DNA of 64,000 bases. Source: an uncultured Chloroflexia bacterium (GTDB lineage: Bacteria > Chloroflexota > Limnocylindria > QHBO01). Location: contig CAVQTN010000004.1 of NCBI GenBank assembly GCA_963716585.1, positions 371,993 through 435,992 of the forward strand, written 5' to 3'. Each line of letters starts with the position of its first letter. Position 1 is the first letter of the stretch. A program made the translations under genes and the position numbers. The notes under the pieces were generated by a model. That model was given only the letters and a program-made list of their open reading frames with translations, was not told the origin of the DNA and made no database searches. Shown in pieces: positions 21,884 to 30,317 of the stretch.

Positions 21884-22570
21884 TCAGGGCCGGCTTGGGC
21901 CTTCCCGGCTCTTGGAGGACATCGAGGAGTAGTCGTCCAGCTGCCTGCGCGTGCGCGCGATCTCGACTGGCGCATCGGCCCCGACGGCGGCGTTCGGGCG
22001 TCGGTCATCCGGGGTCTTGCCACCGATTCCCGTGGATCCCGGCGCGGCCTCGCCGGACAGGAAGCGCTCGACCGCTCGGCGTGCCAGCGCCGCCGAAACG
22101 ATCGCCGCGGCCGCCTCGAACGCCTTCCAGCCGGCGCGTCCGGGCCCCGGCGGACCTTCAACCATCTGCTTGGCGAGGGCCTGGCGGGCCTTCTTGTTCT
22201 TGAGGGGCTCCTGGCGCCACCTCACCAGCTCGCCGGCGAGTGCCTCGCGAGCCTGCTCGGCCTTCGGCCCGACGCTGCCGGCCAGGGTGTCGACCCAGGA
22301 CTGCATTGGCCGCGGCAGGCCGTCATACGCCTTCTCGGGCGCGCTGCGCATCAGCCGTCGCCGCGCGAAGCGGGCGGCGCGCATCGGTCCGCCGGCAAGC
22401 AGGAAGACGGCACCCGCACCGATCCCGATGAACAGCGCCGGGTTTTCCTTGAATTTGGCCTTGACATCCACGGTGCGCTTGACGCGCGCCTTCAGGCGGT
22501 CCGCAGTTCGCTGCAGCTGCACGCGCCGCGCTTCAAGCTCTACTCGCGTCTGATCAAGCGTTTCGCCCAC
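21884..22570 (-). CDS. DUF3618/YqjK-like membrane-associated protein
   Basis: N-terminal QTRVELEARRVQLQRTADRLK, one hydrophobic segment; directly follows a holin-X family gene. Confidence 0.65.
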   Translation of the reverse strand: MGETLDQTRVELEARRVQLQRTADRLKARVKRTVDVKAKFKENPALFIGIGAGAVFLLAGGPMRAARFARRRLMRSAPEKAYDGLPRPMQSWVDTLAGSVGPKAEQAREALAGELVRWRQEPLKNKKARQALAKQMVEGPPGPGRAGWKAFEAAAAIVSAALARRAVERFLSGEAAPGSTGIGGKTPDDRRPNAAVGADAPVEIARTRRQLDDYSSMSSKSREGPSRP

Positions 22571-22950
22571 GCGATGTCCTCCTTGACCGATGCGATCGTC
22601 TCATCCGGCTTGGCCTTGACCTGGCGGATCTTGGCGTAGCCCCGCCAGCCGAAGAGGCCGGCCAGCAGGCCGAGCACGACGAACACGATGAGGGCCCACA
22701 GCCACCCTGGCCAGCCGGTCAGCGCGCCGAGCCCGAGGATGATGAAGATCAGCAGCGTGATGAGCGCCAGAATCGCAAGGCCTGCCGCGACACCGAAGTT
22801 GATGGCGCTGCCCTTGACATGACCCAGCGACTGGCCCATCTCCTGGCGTCCGTGCTGCAGCTCCAGCCGGGCCAGCCCGACCATGCCGCCGACGAGCTCG
22901 CGGGCGAGTCCCAGGATGCTCTCCGTGCGCGGCTCGTCGCGATTCGTCAT
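22540..22950 (-). CDS. Holin-X / YqjE-like (phage holin family) membrane protein
   Basis: LARELVGGMVGLARLELQHGRQEM, two TM helices, PDETIASVKEDIAWAK; RBS GGAGG before ATG 22950. Confidence 0.85.
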   Translation of the reverse strand: MTNRDEPRTESILGLARELVGGMVGLARLELQHGRQEMGQSLGHVKGSAINFGVAAGLAILALITLLIFIILGLGALTGWPGWLWALIVFVVLGLLAGLFGWRGYAKIRQVKAKPDETIASVKEDIAWAKRLIRRE

Positions 22951-23044
22951 TCCACCTCCGCATGCGTCGCCGGCGGCAGCGCCACGGCTCGCCGATTCTA
23001 GCAAGGTGCACATCGAGTGCCACCTTCGGTATGCTTCGGCATCC

Positions 23045-23707
23045 ATGACCAAACGCAGAACCTCCGGCGTGCAGCGCCGGTCCCGGGCCAGCGAGGCGGC
23101 GATGAATCGCCGCCTCGGCACGTCAGGCGCCTCTGTTGACCTGCGGATCGTGGGGATCATCGGATTCCTGGTGGTCGGCGCGCTGGTGGTCGGCTTCGCG
23201 CTGCTCTCGATCGGGCCGAAGTGCAGCCAGTACTGCGGCGTTCGGCAGGCGGAGGAGGGCCGCGGGCACGTCGCCGACGGCACGCCCAACATGACCTACA
23301 ACTCGGTGCCGGCCACCTCCGGACCGCACTGGGTGACGCCGGCCGGCTGGGGAATCTACGGCGCGGACCAGGGTGGCCAATACGCCGCTCCACTACCGGA
23401 GGCGCAGTCGGTTCACAACCTCGAGCACGGCGGCACGATCATCTGGTACCAACCCAGCAAGATCGATCCCGCGGACCTGCAGAAGCTGACCGACTTCGTT
23501 CGCGGTCAGCTCGGGGGCCCGCGTTTCAAGATCATCCTGGCGCCGTGGACGGGGACGGACTTCGGCCATCCCATCGCGGTGGTCGCCTGGGATTGGCGCC
23601 TCTACCTCGACCAGGCGAACACCGATGCCCTCAAGGAGTTCATCGCCGGGCACTACCAGCAGTCGCCCGAGCCGAACGGAGGGCCGGACCGTCCGGCGGT
23701 GCAATAG
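23045..23707 (+). CDS. DUF3105 domain protein (single TM)
   Basis: YNSVPATSGPHW and VHNLEHGGTIIWY motifs; start uncertain (23045 or 23102). Confidence 0.88.
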   Translation: MTKRRTSGVQRRSRASEAAMNRRLGTSGASVDLRIVGIIGFLVVGALVVGFALLSIGPKCSQYCGVRQAEEGRGHVADGTPNMTYNSVPATSGPHWVTPAGWGIYGADQGGQYAAPLPEAQSVHNLEHGGTIIWYQPSKIDPADLQKLTDFVRGQLGGPRFKIILAPWTGTDFGHPIAVVAWDWRLYLDQANTDALKEFIAGHYQQSPEPNGGPDRPAVQ

Positions 23708-23714
23708 TCGTCGG

Positions 23715-23744
23715 TTGACGCCCTTCGTCGGGCTGCGTCATGAT
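23715..23744 (+). promoter_or_regulatory. Putative sigma70-type promoter of tRNA-Lys
   Basis: TTGACG (23715-20), 18 nt, CATGAT (23739-44), 8 nt before the tRNA. Confidence 0.55.
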
Positions 23745-23752
23745 CTGTCCAC

Positions 23753-23827
23753 GGGCGGCTAGCTCAACGGCAGAGCAAGTGACTCTTAATCACTAGGTTC
23801 AGGGTTCGAATCCCTGGCCGCTCACCA
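23753..23827 (+). tRNA. tRNA-Lys (anticodon CTT)
   Basis: GGGCGGCTAGCTCAACGGCAGAGCAAGTGACTCTTAATCACTAGGTTCAGGGTTCGAATCCCTGGCCGCTCACCA cloverleaf. Confidence 0.97.
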
Positions 23828-23899
23828 CCTAGTTCTCGCGCGCCAACGTCGACGATCCGCGGCGCGGACCCCCCTCGGCCCTGATCGAAGGAGCGGCGG

Positions 23900-25252
23900 T
23901 TGCCCCACGTAGCCATCGAGCGCCATCGCCTCGCCAATGGGCTGCGCGTCGTGCTGGCGCGCGACGAGACGACGCCCATCGTGGCGGTCAACCTGTGGTA
24001 CGACGTCGGCAGCAAGCACGAGGAGCAGGGCAAGACGGGCTTTGCGCATCTCTTCGAGCACATGATGTTCCAGGGCTCGGCCAACGTCGCCAAGGGCGAG
24101 CATTTCGCGCAGGTGCAGGCCGCCGGCGGCACGCTGAACGCCACCACCTGGCTGGACCGCACCAACTACTTCGAGACGCTGCCCTCGCACGAGCTCGAGC
24201 TCGCCCTGTGGCTGGAGGCCGATCGGATGGGCCAGCTGCTGCCGGCGATGACCCAAGAGAAGCTTGACAACCAGCGTGACGTGGTCAAGAACGAGCGCCG
24301 CTGGTCGGTCGACAACCAGCCATACGGCACCTGGGACGAGAAGCTGCAGGCACTGGCCTACCCGGACGAGCACCCGTATCACCATCCGACGATCGGCTCG
24401 ATGGAAGATCTGTCGGCAGCATCGCTCGACGACGTGCGTCGTTTCTTCGCCACCTGGTATGCCCCCAACAACGCGGTCCTGACCGTGGCCGGCGACTTCG
24501 AACCTGAGGCCGCGCTGGCGGCAATCGAACGGCAGTTCGGCCCGATTCCGCCCAATGCCGGCCTCCCGCCGGGGCCGGTCATGGACGTGCCGCCGCGCAT
24601 CGGCGCGGAGGTTCGCGAGATCGTGCATGACCGCGTTCCGCTGCCCCGGGTGTACGTCGTCTACCGCATGCCCACCTTCGGGACCGATGCCTGGGACGCG
24701 CTGGAGGTCGCCGCCGACCTGCTCGCGTCCGGCCGTGCCTCGCGTCTGTACCGGACCCTCGTCCGCGAGCGGCAGCTGGCCCAGGACGTCACCGTCTTCG
24801 CCTTTCCGATGGTTGGCGGCGCATCGATGTTCGCGCTGTGGGCGACGGCGCGGCCCGGTGTCGCGCAGGACGACCTCGAGGCTGCCCTGTTCGGCGAGAT
24901 CGAGCGATTGAAGACCGATGGACCGAGCGCCGACGAGCTCGAGCGCGTTCGCAACCTGCACGCGGCGGGCGTCGAGTCCGGCCTCGAGCGGCTCGCCGAG
25001 CGTGCCGACCGGCTGAGCATGTACACCGTGCTGTTCGACGCCCCCCAGATGCTCAACTCCGAGGTAAGCCGCTACGTCGCGGTCGACGCCGAGCGCGTGC
25101 GAGCCGCGATGACCGAGACGCTGCGCGTGGACAACCGGGTGGTGCTCACCTATCTGCCGGCCGAGCTCGCGGAGCCGCAGGCCGAGGCGGAGGCCGCCGA
25201 GGCCGTCGAAGTCGAGGCGGCAGGTGCGGCCGCCTCCGGGGAGAAGGCGTGA
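23900..25252 (+). CDS. M16 (pitrilysin) family peptidase, catalytic subunit
   Basis: WYDVGSKHE...GFAHLFEHMMF (HxxEH), NATTWLDRTNYFE; RBS GAAGGAG and TTG start. Confidence 0.93.
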   Translation: MPHVAIERHRLANGLRVVLARDETTPIVAVNLWYDVGSKHEEQGKTGFAHLFEHMMFQGSANVAKGEHFAQVQAAGGTLNATTWLDRTNYFETLPSHELELALWLEADRMGQLLPAMTQEKLDNQRDVVKNERRWSVDNQPYGTWDEKLQALAYPDEHPYHHPTIGSMEDLSAASLDDVRRFFATWYAPNNAVLTVAGDFEPEAALAAIERQFGPIPPNAGLPPGPVMDVPPRIGAEVREIVHDRVPLPRVYVVYRMPTFGTDAWDALEVAADLLASGRASRLYRTLVRERQLAQDVTVFAFPMVGGASMFALWATARPGVAQDDLEAALFGEIERLKTDGPSADELERVRNLHAAGVESGLERLAERADRLSMYTVLFDAPQMLNSEVSRYVAVDAERVRAAMTETLRVDNRVVLTYLPAELAEPQAEAEAAEAVEVEAAGAAASGEKA

Positions 25253-26604
25253 CCGTCGCCAACCCGCACCGTCCGGTCGCCACCGCCCCACGCCCGTATC
25301 ACTTCCCAGGCTTCGAGCGGCAGCGCCTGCCAAATGGCCTGACCATCTGGCTGGTGGCGCTCCCCGACAGCGGCATGACCAACGTGCACCTGCTCTTCGA
25401 TGCGGGAGCGGCCGCCGAGGACGATACGCACGGCGGTGTCGCGGCGCTGGCGGCCCAGCTGCTCGTCACCGGCACCGCTCGGCTGGACGCGTCCGCGTTC
25501 GCCGAGGCCACCGAACGGTTGGGCATCGAGGTCAGCAGCGAATCCAGCTGGGACAGCGCGCGAGCCGCCTTCCAGTCACTGCCCGAGCACGTTGACGAGG
25601 GGCTCGGCCTGCTCTCCGAGATGGTCCGCGGTCCGCGCTTCGACGCCGCCGAGTTTGAGCGGCTGAAGGCCGAGCGCCTGGCCGACATCCTCCAGGCGCG
25701 TGCGGATCCAGGGCGTCTCGCCGACGAGATGTTCCTCCGGCATCTGTACCCCGCGGAAGTTCCCTACCGACGTGCCTCCGCAGGGACGCCGGAGACGGTC
25801 GGCGACCTGGCACGCGACGACGTGGCAGGCTTCCACGCCACGCACTACGGTCCGGACCGCGCACACCTCATCGTCGCCGGCAAGTTCGACCGGGTGTCGG
25901 TGCTCGACGGCGCCGAACGGCATCTCGGCGACTGGAGCGGCGTGACCCCGGGACATCGGTCCATCACGCCACGCGCCGCGGGTGCGCGGCGCGTGGTCCT
26001 CGTCGATCGACCGGGATCGGTGCAGAGCGAGCTGCGCGTCGGTCAGGTAGGCATCGACCGATACGACCCGCGCTACTTCCAGGCGTCGGTGATGGCCGCC
26101 CTGCTGGGCGGCGTCTTCGGGTCGCGGCTCAACCTGCGGCTCCGCGAGGAGCTTGGCTACACCTACGGCGCTCACGCCGGCTTCGACCCGCGACGCGCCG
26201 CCGGTCCCTTCGTGGCCCGGGCCGCGGTGCAGACCGAGGTCACCGTGCCGGCCATTCGCGAGCTCCTCGACCAGCTCGACCGCATCCGCGCCGACGCGCC
26301 GGCGAGCAGCGAGCTGCGCGAGGTCAAGGACTACCTCATCGGGGTGTTTCCGCTGCGCTTCGAGACGACCGGCGGCGTGGCTGCCGCCATCGAGCCGCTT
26401 GCCGTCTACGGGCTCGACGACGACTACTGGCAGACGTACCGCGGCAGGATCGAGGCGGTGACCCCGGCGGAGACCCACGCCGTGGCGAGGGAGCTCATCG
26501 ACCCTGATGCGCTGCTGATCCTGTTGTCCGGCGACGCGAGCACGCTGCAGGCGGAGCTGGATGAGGCGGCCTTCGGACCGATGCAGGTCGTTCCCGCCGA
26601 ATAG
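25249..26604 (+). CDS. M16 family peptidase, non-catalytic partner subunit
   Basis: GTG overlaps the upstream TGA; lacks HxxEH; C-terminal LGGVFGSRLNLRLREELGYTYG. Confidence 0.9.
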   Translation: MTVANPHRPVATAPRPYHFPGFERQRLPNGLTIWLVALPDSGMTNVHLLFDAGAAAEDDTHGGVAALAAQLLVTGTARLDASAFAEATERLGIEVSSESSWDSARAAFQSLPEHVDEGLGLLSEMVRGPRFDAAEFERLKAERLADILQARADPGRLADEMFLRHLYPAEVPYRRASAGTPETVGDLARDDVAGFHATHYGPDRAHLIVAGKFDRVSVLDGAERHLGDWSGVTPGHRSITPRAAGARRVVLVDRPGSVQSELRVGQVGIDRYDPRYFQASVMAALLGGVFGSRLNLRLREELGYTYGAHAGFDPRRAAGPFVARAAVQTEVTVPAIRELLDQLDRIRADAPASSELREVKDYLIGVFPLRFETTGGVAAAIEPLAVYGLDDDYWQTYRGRIEAVTPAETHAVARELIDPDALLILLSGDASTLQAELDEAAFGPMQVVPAE

Positions 26605-26610
26605 GGTCGG

Positions 26611-28086
26611 TCAGGCGCCGTCCGCGGAGGCTCGCACCGCGGCGCGGCGCCAGCGGAGCGTGAAGATGGCGCCCGGGCGGCGCTGCTCAAGCTCGACGGT
26701 CCCGCCCTGGGCCTGCATCAGGGCGTGCACCAGGTAGAGGCCCAGCCCGAGCCCGCGCCCCGCGCTGAGCCGATCGCGGAACAGATGCTGCGCCACCTCG
26801 TCCGAGATGCCCGGCCCACCGTCGACGATCCGCACTGCCACCGGGTCGCCCGCGGCGACCTCGACGCGGATGGGGGTGCCAGGATTCGAGTAGCGATCCG
26901 CATTGATCAGCAGGTTGGTGATCGCCTGCTCGGCGAAGTGACGATCACCAATGACGGTCGGGTGTCCACGCATCTGGAAGGTGACCTGCCGCTCGCTGCC
27001 GCGCGCCCGTAGCCGCTCAAGCGCCGATTCGAGTGCCGCCGCCAGCTCGAAGGGCTCGCGGCGCGCCTGGACCTGCCCCGCGTCGGCGCGAGAGAAAAGC
27101 TCCAGGCGCTCCAGGATGCCGATCGCCGCGTCGACTGACTCGAGCGCGCGGCGGGAGTGAGTCCCGCTGCTCGGCAAGCTCGGATCGCGCTGCGACAGCT
27201 CGATGCGTGCCTTGGCCACGGCCAGCGGGTTGCGCAGCTCGTGTGCCACGAAGCTGGCGAAACGTGACAGGCGGCGGCGCTCGTCCTCCTCCTTGCCCAC
27301 GTCGCGCAGCAGAAGGACGCAGCCGCCCCCGGGGATGGGGGTGCCCTCCACGTCGACGATCAGGTCGCGACCCGACATTGGCAGCCGGACCGTGATCCGT
27401 CGTCGCAGCGGCTCGGCCTGGGCACGCAGCTGCGGCAGCTCGTCGCGGGCGAGACGGTTGCCGCCCTCGTCACGAGGTTCCGCCGCCGCGGCCCAGTCGT
27501 CGAGGGAGCGTTCGAAGAAGCTGCGCCCGAAGGTGCGCAGCGCCGCCCTGTTGCCGTAGGTGCCGCGGCCCTCCGAGTCGTAGACCATCAGGGGCTCGGG
27601 GATCGCCTCGGCGACCTCCTGGAGGCGGGCTCGCTCACGTTCGGCGGCGCGAAGCGCCACGTCCAGGTCACGCCGCGCATGCTCAGCAGCCGCACGCTCG
27701 CCATGGGCGCGTTGCTCGGCCGCGGCGCTCGCGTCGCGCGCCCGGGCGGTGGCGCCGATCTCGCGGTCCGCACGAAGCGCCATGAGGACCACCAGGGGCG
27801 AGCCGAGGATGAACGAGAGCAGCCGGATGGCGTCGCCGACGCCGATCGACGCGCGGTCATGTGGCAACAGGGTCAGCACGATGACGATCAGCCCCGCGGC
27901 GCCGTAGGCGTACGCCGCCGCGGCAGCGCCCAGCCCGAGGCCGACGAGCGCGACCATCAGGATCAGCAGCCCGGTGAACGGTGCGAGCTCGGTGAGGAAT
28001 CCGGCCAATAGCACCGCCACGAGGGCGCTGCCCGCACCGACCAGGGCGCCCAGGATGGCATTCCGCCCGGGGCGCAGGAGACTCAT
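26611..28086 (-). CDS. Membrane sensor histidine kinase (TM region, PAS-like, HisKA, HATPase)
   Basis: FVAHELRNPL H-box, NLLINADRYS N-box, DGGPGI and GLGLGL G-boxes. Confidence 0.9.
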   Translation of the reverse strand: MSLLRPGRNAILGALVGAGSALVAVLLAGFLTELAPFTGLLILMVALVGLGLGAAAAAYAYGAAGLIVIVLTLLPHDRASIGVGDAIRLLSFILGSPLVVLMALRADREIGATARARDASAAAEQRAHGERAAAEHARRDLDVALRAAERERARLQEVAEAIPEPLMVYDSEGRGTYGNRAALRTFGRSFFERSLDDWAAAAEPRDEGGNRLARDELPQLRAQAEPLRRRITVRLPMSGRDLIVDVEGTPIPGGGCVLLLRDVGKEEDERRRLSRFASFVAHELRNPLAVAKARIELSQRDPSLPSSGTHSRRALESVDAAIGILERLELFSRADAGQVQARREPFELAAALESALERLRARGSERQVTFQMRGHPTVIGDRHFAEQAITNLLINADRYSNPGTPIRVEVAAGDPVAVRIVDGGPGISDEVAQHLFRDRLSAGRGLGLGLYLVHALMQAQGGTVELEQRRPGAIFTLRWRRAAVRASADGA

Positions 28087-29277
28087 TCAGTCATCGCTCC
28101 GCTGCAGAGGCGCCGAGCCTAGCATCCGGTTGCGACGGCGGTCGCCCGCGGTCCCCCGCGCTCGCGCGCGCCCGAGGCGCTGGCGCGCGGCCGCGATGCG
28201 GCGCACCGGATCTCCGCCGATGCGACGCCGATCGAGCGCCTCGGGGTGCTCACCGCGCGCGATTGCCGCCAGCAGCTGCGAGGCGCGATCCAGCTGGCCT
28301 GCCTCGGTGAGCAGCTGGACGAGGCTGAACCAGCGGCCGGCCAGGGTCGGTGGCTCGCTCGCCACCCGCTCGAGCAGCTCCGCCGCGCGCGCGTCGTGCC
28401 CGGCCCGACGGTGCGCGGCAATCGCGGCGCGCACATCCGAGAAGGCGGGTGGCATGTCGAGCGCCTCCAGGTAGTTCAGCAGCAGCTCGGCGTTCTCCGC
28501 GCGATCGGCCACCGGACCGCGACGCACGTGGGCATCCCGAAAATCGGCGAGCAGGCCGCGCAGCTCGCGCTCCAGCCAGCGACGCGCCCCGGAGCCGCGC
28601 TCGTAGCGATCCACCAGGGAGCGCATGAACGCAGCACCGCGCAGCCGCTGGCCTGTGACCGCATACGCCTCGCGCAACGACGCATGGACCAACGTGTCGT
28701 GGCTGGCATCCAGCAGCACCAGGCGCTCCAGTGCTCCGAGCCAATCGTCGAGCCGCCCATGCTCGCGGTAGTAGGCCGTTGCGTAGCGCAGCCAGTAGCG
28801 CTCACTGTGCTCCCGCCAATCCTCACCGGTGATGTGATGCTCAACGATCCAGCGCTCCTGCGCCGCCGGGCCGGCCAGGAACACCTCCGCCGGCACCCGA
28901 AATCCGGCGACACTGCGCCACTGCGGCTGGTGCCAGCGGCTGGTGCGCTCCGCGGCCGGGCGGCGCAAGCGCGGCGCTGCCGGTTGCTCGTGCTCCTCGA
29001 GCGGCCAGTCGAGAGTGATCGCCGTGCCGTTCTCGAGGCCGTGGTCGTAGTGCAGTCGGCGCAGCGGATCGCGTAGTTCCGCCCAGGCGCGGTTGAGGAG
29101 CGACGTCCGTCGAGTGGAGAGCTCTGATGACGCGCTGCGGTCGGGGTGATGGCGCAGGACCGCCTCGCGGAAGGCGGCGCGCAGCTCGGCGGTGGTCGCG
29201 GACGGATCGGCGCCGAGGACCTCGTAGAAGTCCCGGCTCTCGACGCGCAGTCCATCGGCAACCGTTTCGAACACCAT
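28087..29277 (-). CDS. J-domain protein with helical (TPR-like) C-terminus
   Basis: DFYEVLGADPSAT...HHPDRS...LNRAWAELRDPLRRLHYD J-domain with an intact HPD motif. Confidence 0.85.
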   Translation of the reverse strand: MVFETVADGLRVESRDFYEVLGADPSATTAELRAAFREAVLRHHPDRSASSELSTRRTSLLNRAWAELRDPLRRLHYDHGLENGTAITLDWPLEEHEQPAAPRLRRPAAERTSRWHQPQWRSVAGFRVPAEVFLAGPAAQERWIVEHHITGEDWREHSERYWLRYATAYYREHGRLDDWLGALERLVLLDASHDTLVHASLREAYAVTGQRLRGAAFMRSLVDRYERGSGARRWLERELRGLLADFRDAHVRRGPVADRAENAELLLNYLEALDMPPAFSDVRAAIAAHRRAGHDARAAELLERVASEPPTLAGRWFSLVQLLTEAGQLDRASQLLAAIARGEHPEALDRRRIGGDPVRRIAAARQRLGRARARGTAGDRRRNRMLGSAPLQRSDD

Positions 29278-29333
29278 CCGGCTGAGTCTAGCGTCGGTCC
29301 TGAACGCCCGGAAAAGTCGGTATGCTGCGCGGC

Positions 29334-30317
29334 ATGGTCGCCACCCCCAGCCACGCCGGGCATCTGCTCATGATCGGCGGCGCCGAGGACAAGCTTCGTC
29401 AGCGGCAGATCCTGTCCCGCTTCGTCTCGCTGGCCGGCGCCAGCGACGGGCAGATCGTCATCGTTTCGACGGCTTCGTCCCTCGGCGACGAGGCCACCGA
29501 ACTGTACGTCGCCCTGTTCCGCGCGATGGGCGTCCCGGAAGTTCGCGGGCTGCGCCCGCTGAGCCGTGACGAGGCCGATGACGCGGCCGTGGTCGCGACG
29601 CTCGACGAGGCGACTGGCATCTTCATGACCGGCGGCAACCAGCTCCGCCTGTCGAGCGTCATCGCCGGCACGCGGCTGGGTCACGCCATCACCGCGCGGC
29701 ATCGGGCCGGGGCCATTGTGGCCGGGACGAGCGCCGGTGCCTCCGCCCTGGGCAGCCACATGGTCGCCTTCGGGACGAGCGGCACGACGCCAAAGCAGCG
29801 CATGACACAGATGAGTGCCGGGCTGGGGATGCTCCCCGGTGTATTGATCGACCAGCATTTCGAGCAGCGAAACCGCATCGGTCGACTGCTGGCGCTGGTC
29901 GCGCAGTCGCCCGCCTTGCTCGGCATCGGGCTGGACGAGGACACCGCCGGGCTGGTCAGCCCGGGCGGCATCATGGAGGTGCTGGGCAAGGGATCGGTCA
30001 CCATCCTTGACCCCGCACGGCTCCAGACTGACGCATACGAGGTGAAGCGCCATCGGCCGATCATGGTCAGCGGCGTCATCCTGCATTCGCTTCCGTCGGG
30101 CTACCGATTCGACCTGCGGCGCCGCAGCCTGCTTGCGCCGCTGCGCCCGGTCAGCGCGAGCGAGCGCGACCTGCGGCTGGTGCGCACGGCGGGCGACCGA
30201 ACGCGACGGCTGATCCGGCGCATCGCCGCGGAGGGCGCCGACGACGCGGCGCCCGAGCGATCGCGCCGCCGCGCGCTGCGCGCGCGCCGCGATCGCGATG
30301 AGGATGCGAGCGAGTGA
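29334..30317 (+). CDS. cphB: Cyanophycinase
   Basis: LMIGGAEDK, FMTGGNQLRL, GTSAGA nucleophile, IDQHFEQRNRIGRL, GLDEDT; start set by TATGCT-7nt-ATG. Confidence 0.95.
   Translation: MVATPSHAGHLLMIGGAEDKLRQRQILSRFVSLAGASDGQIVIVSTASSLGDEATELYVALFRAMGVPEVRGLRPLSRDEADDAAVVATLDEATGIFMTGGNQLRLSSVIAGTRLGHAITARHRAGAIVAGTSAGASALGSHMVAFGTSGTTPKQRMTQMSAGLGMLPGVLIDQHFEQRNRIGRLLALVAQSPALLGIGLDEDTAGLVSPGGIMEVLGKGSVTILDPARLQTDAYEVKRHRPIMVSGVILHSLPSGYRFDLRRRSLLAPLRPVSASERDLRLVRTAGDRTRRLIRRIAAEGADDAAPERSRRRALRARRDRDEDASE

Noticed and set aside
21749-23827. Prophage or island between the two tRNAs, suggested by the holin-like gene
   Set aside because: No integrase, att duplication or phage genes. Holin-X/YqjE plus a DUF3618-like gene is a common chromosomal pair.
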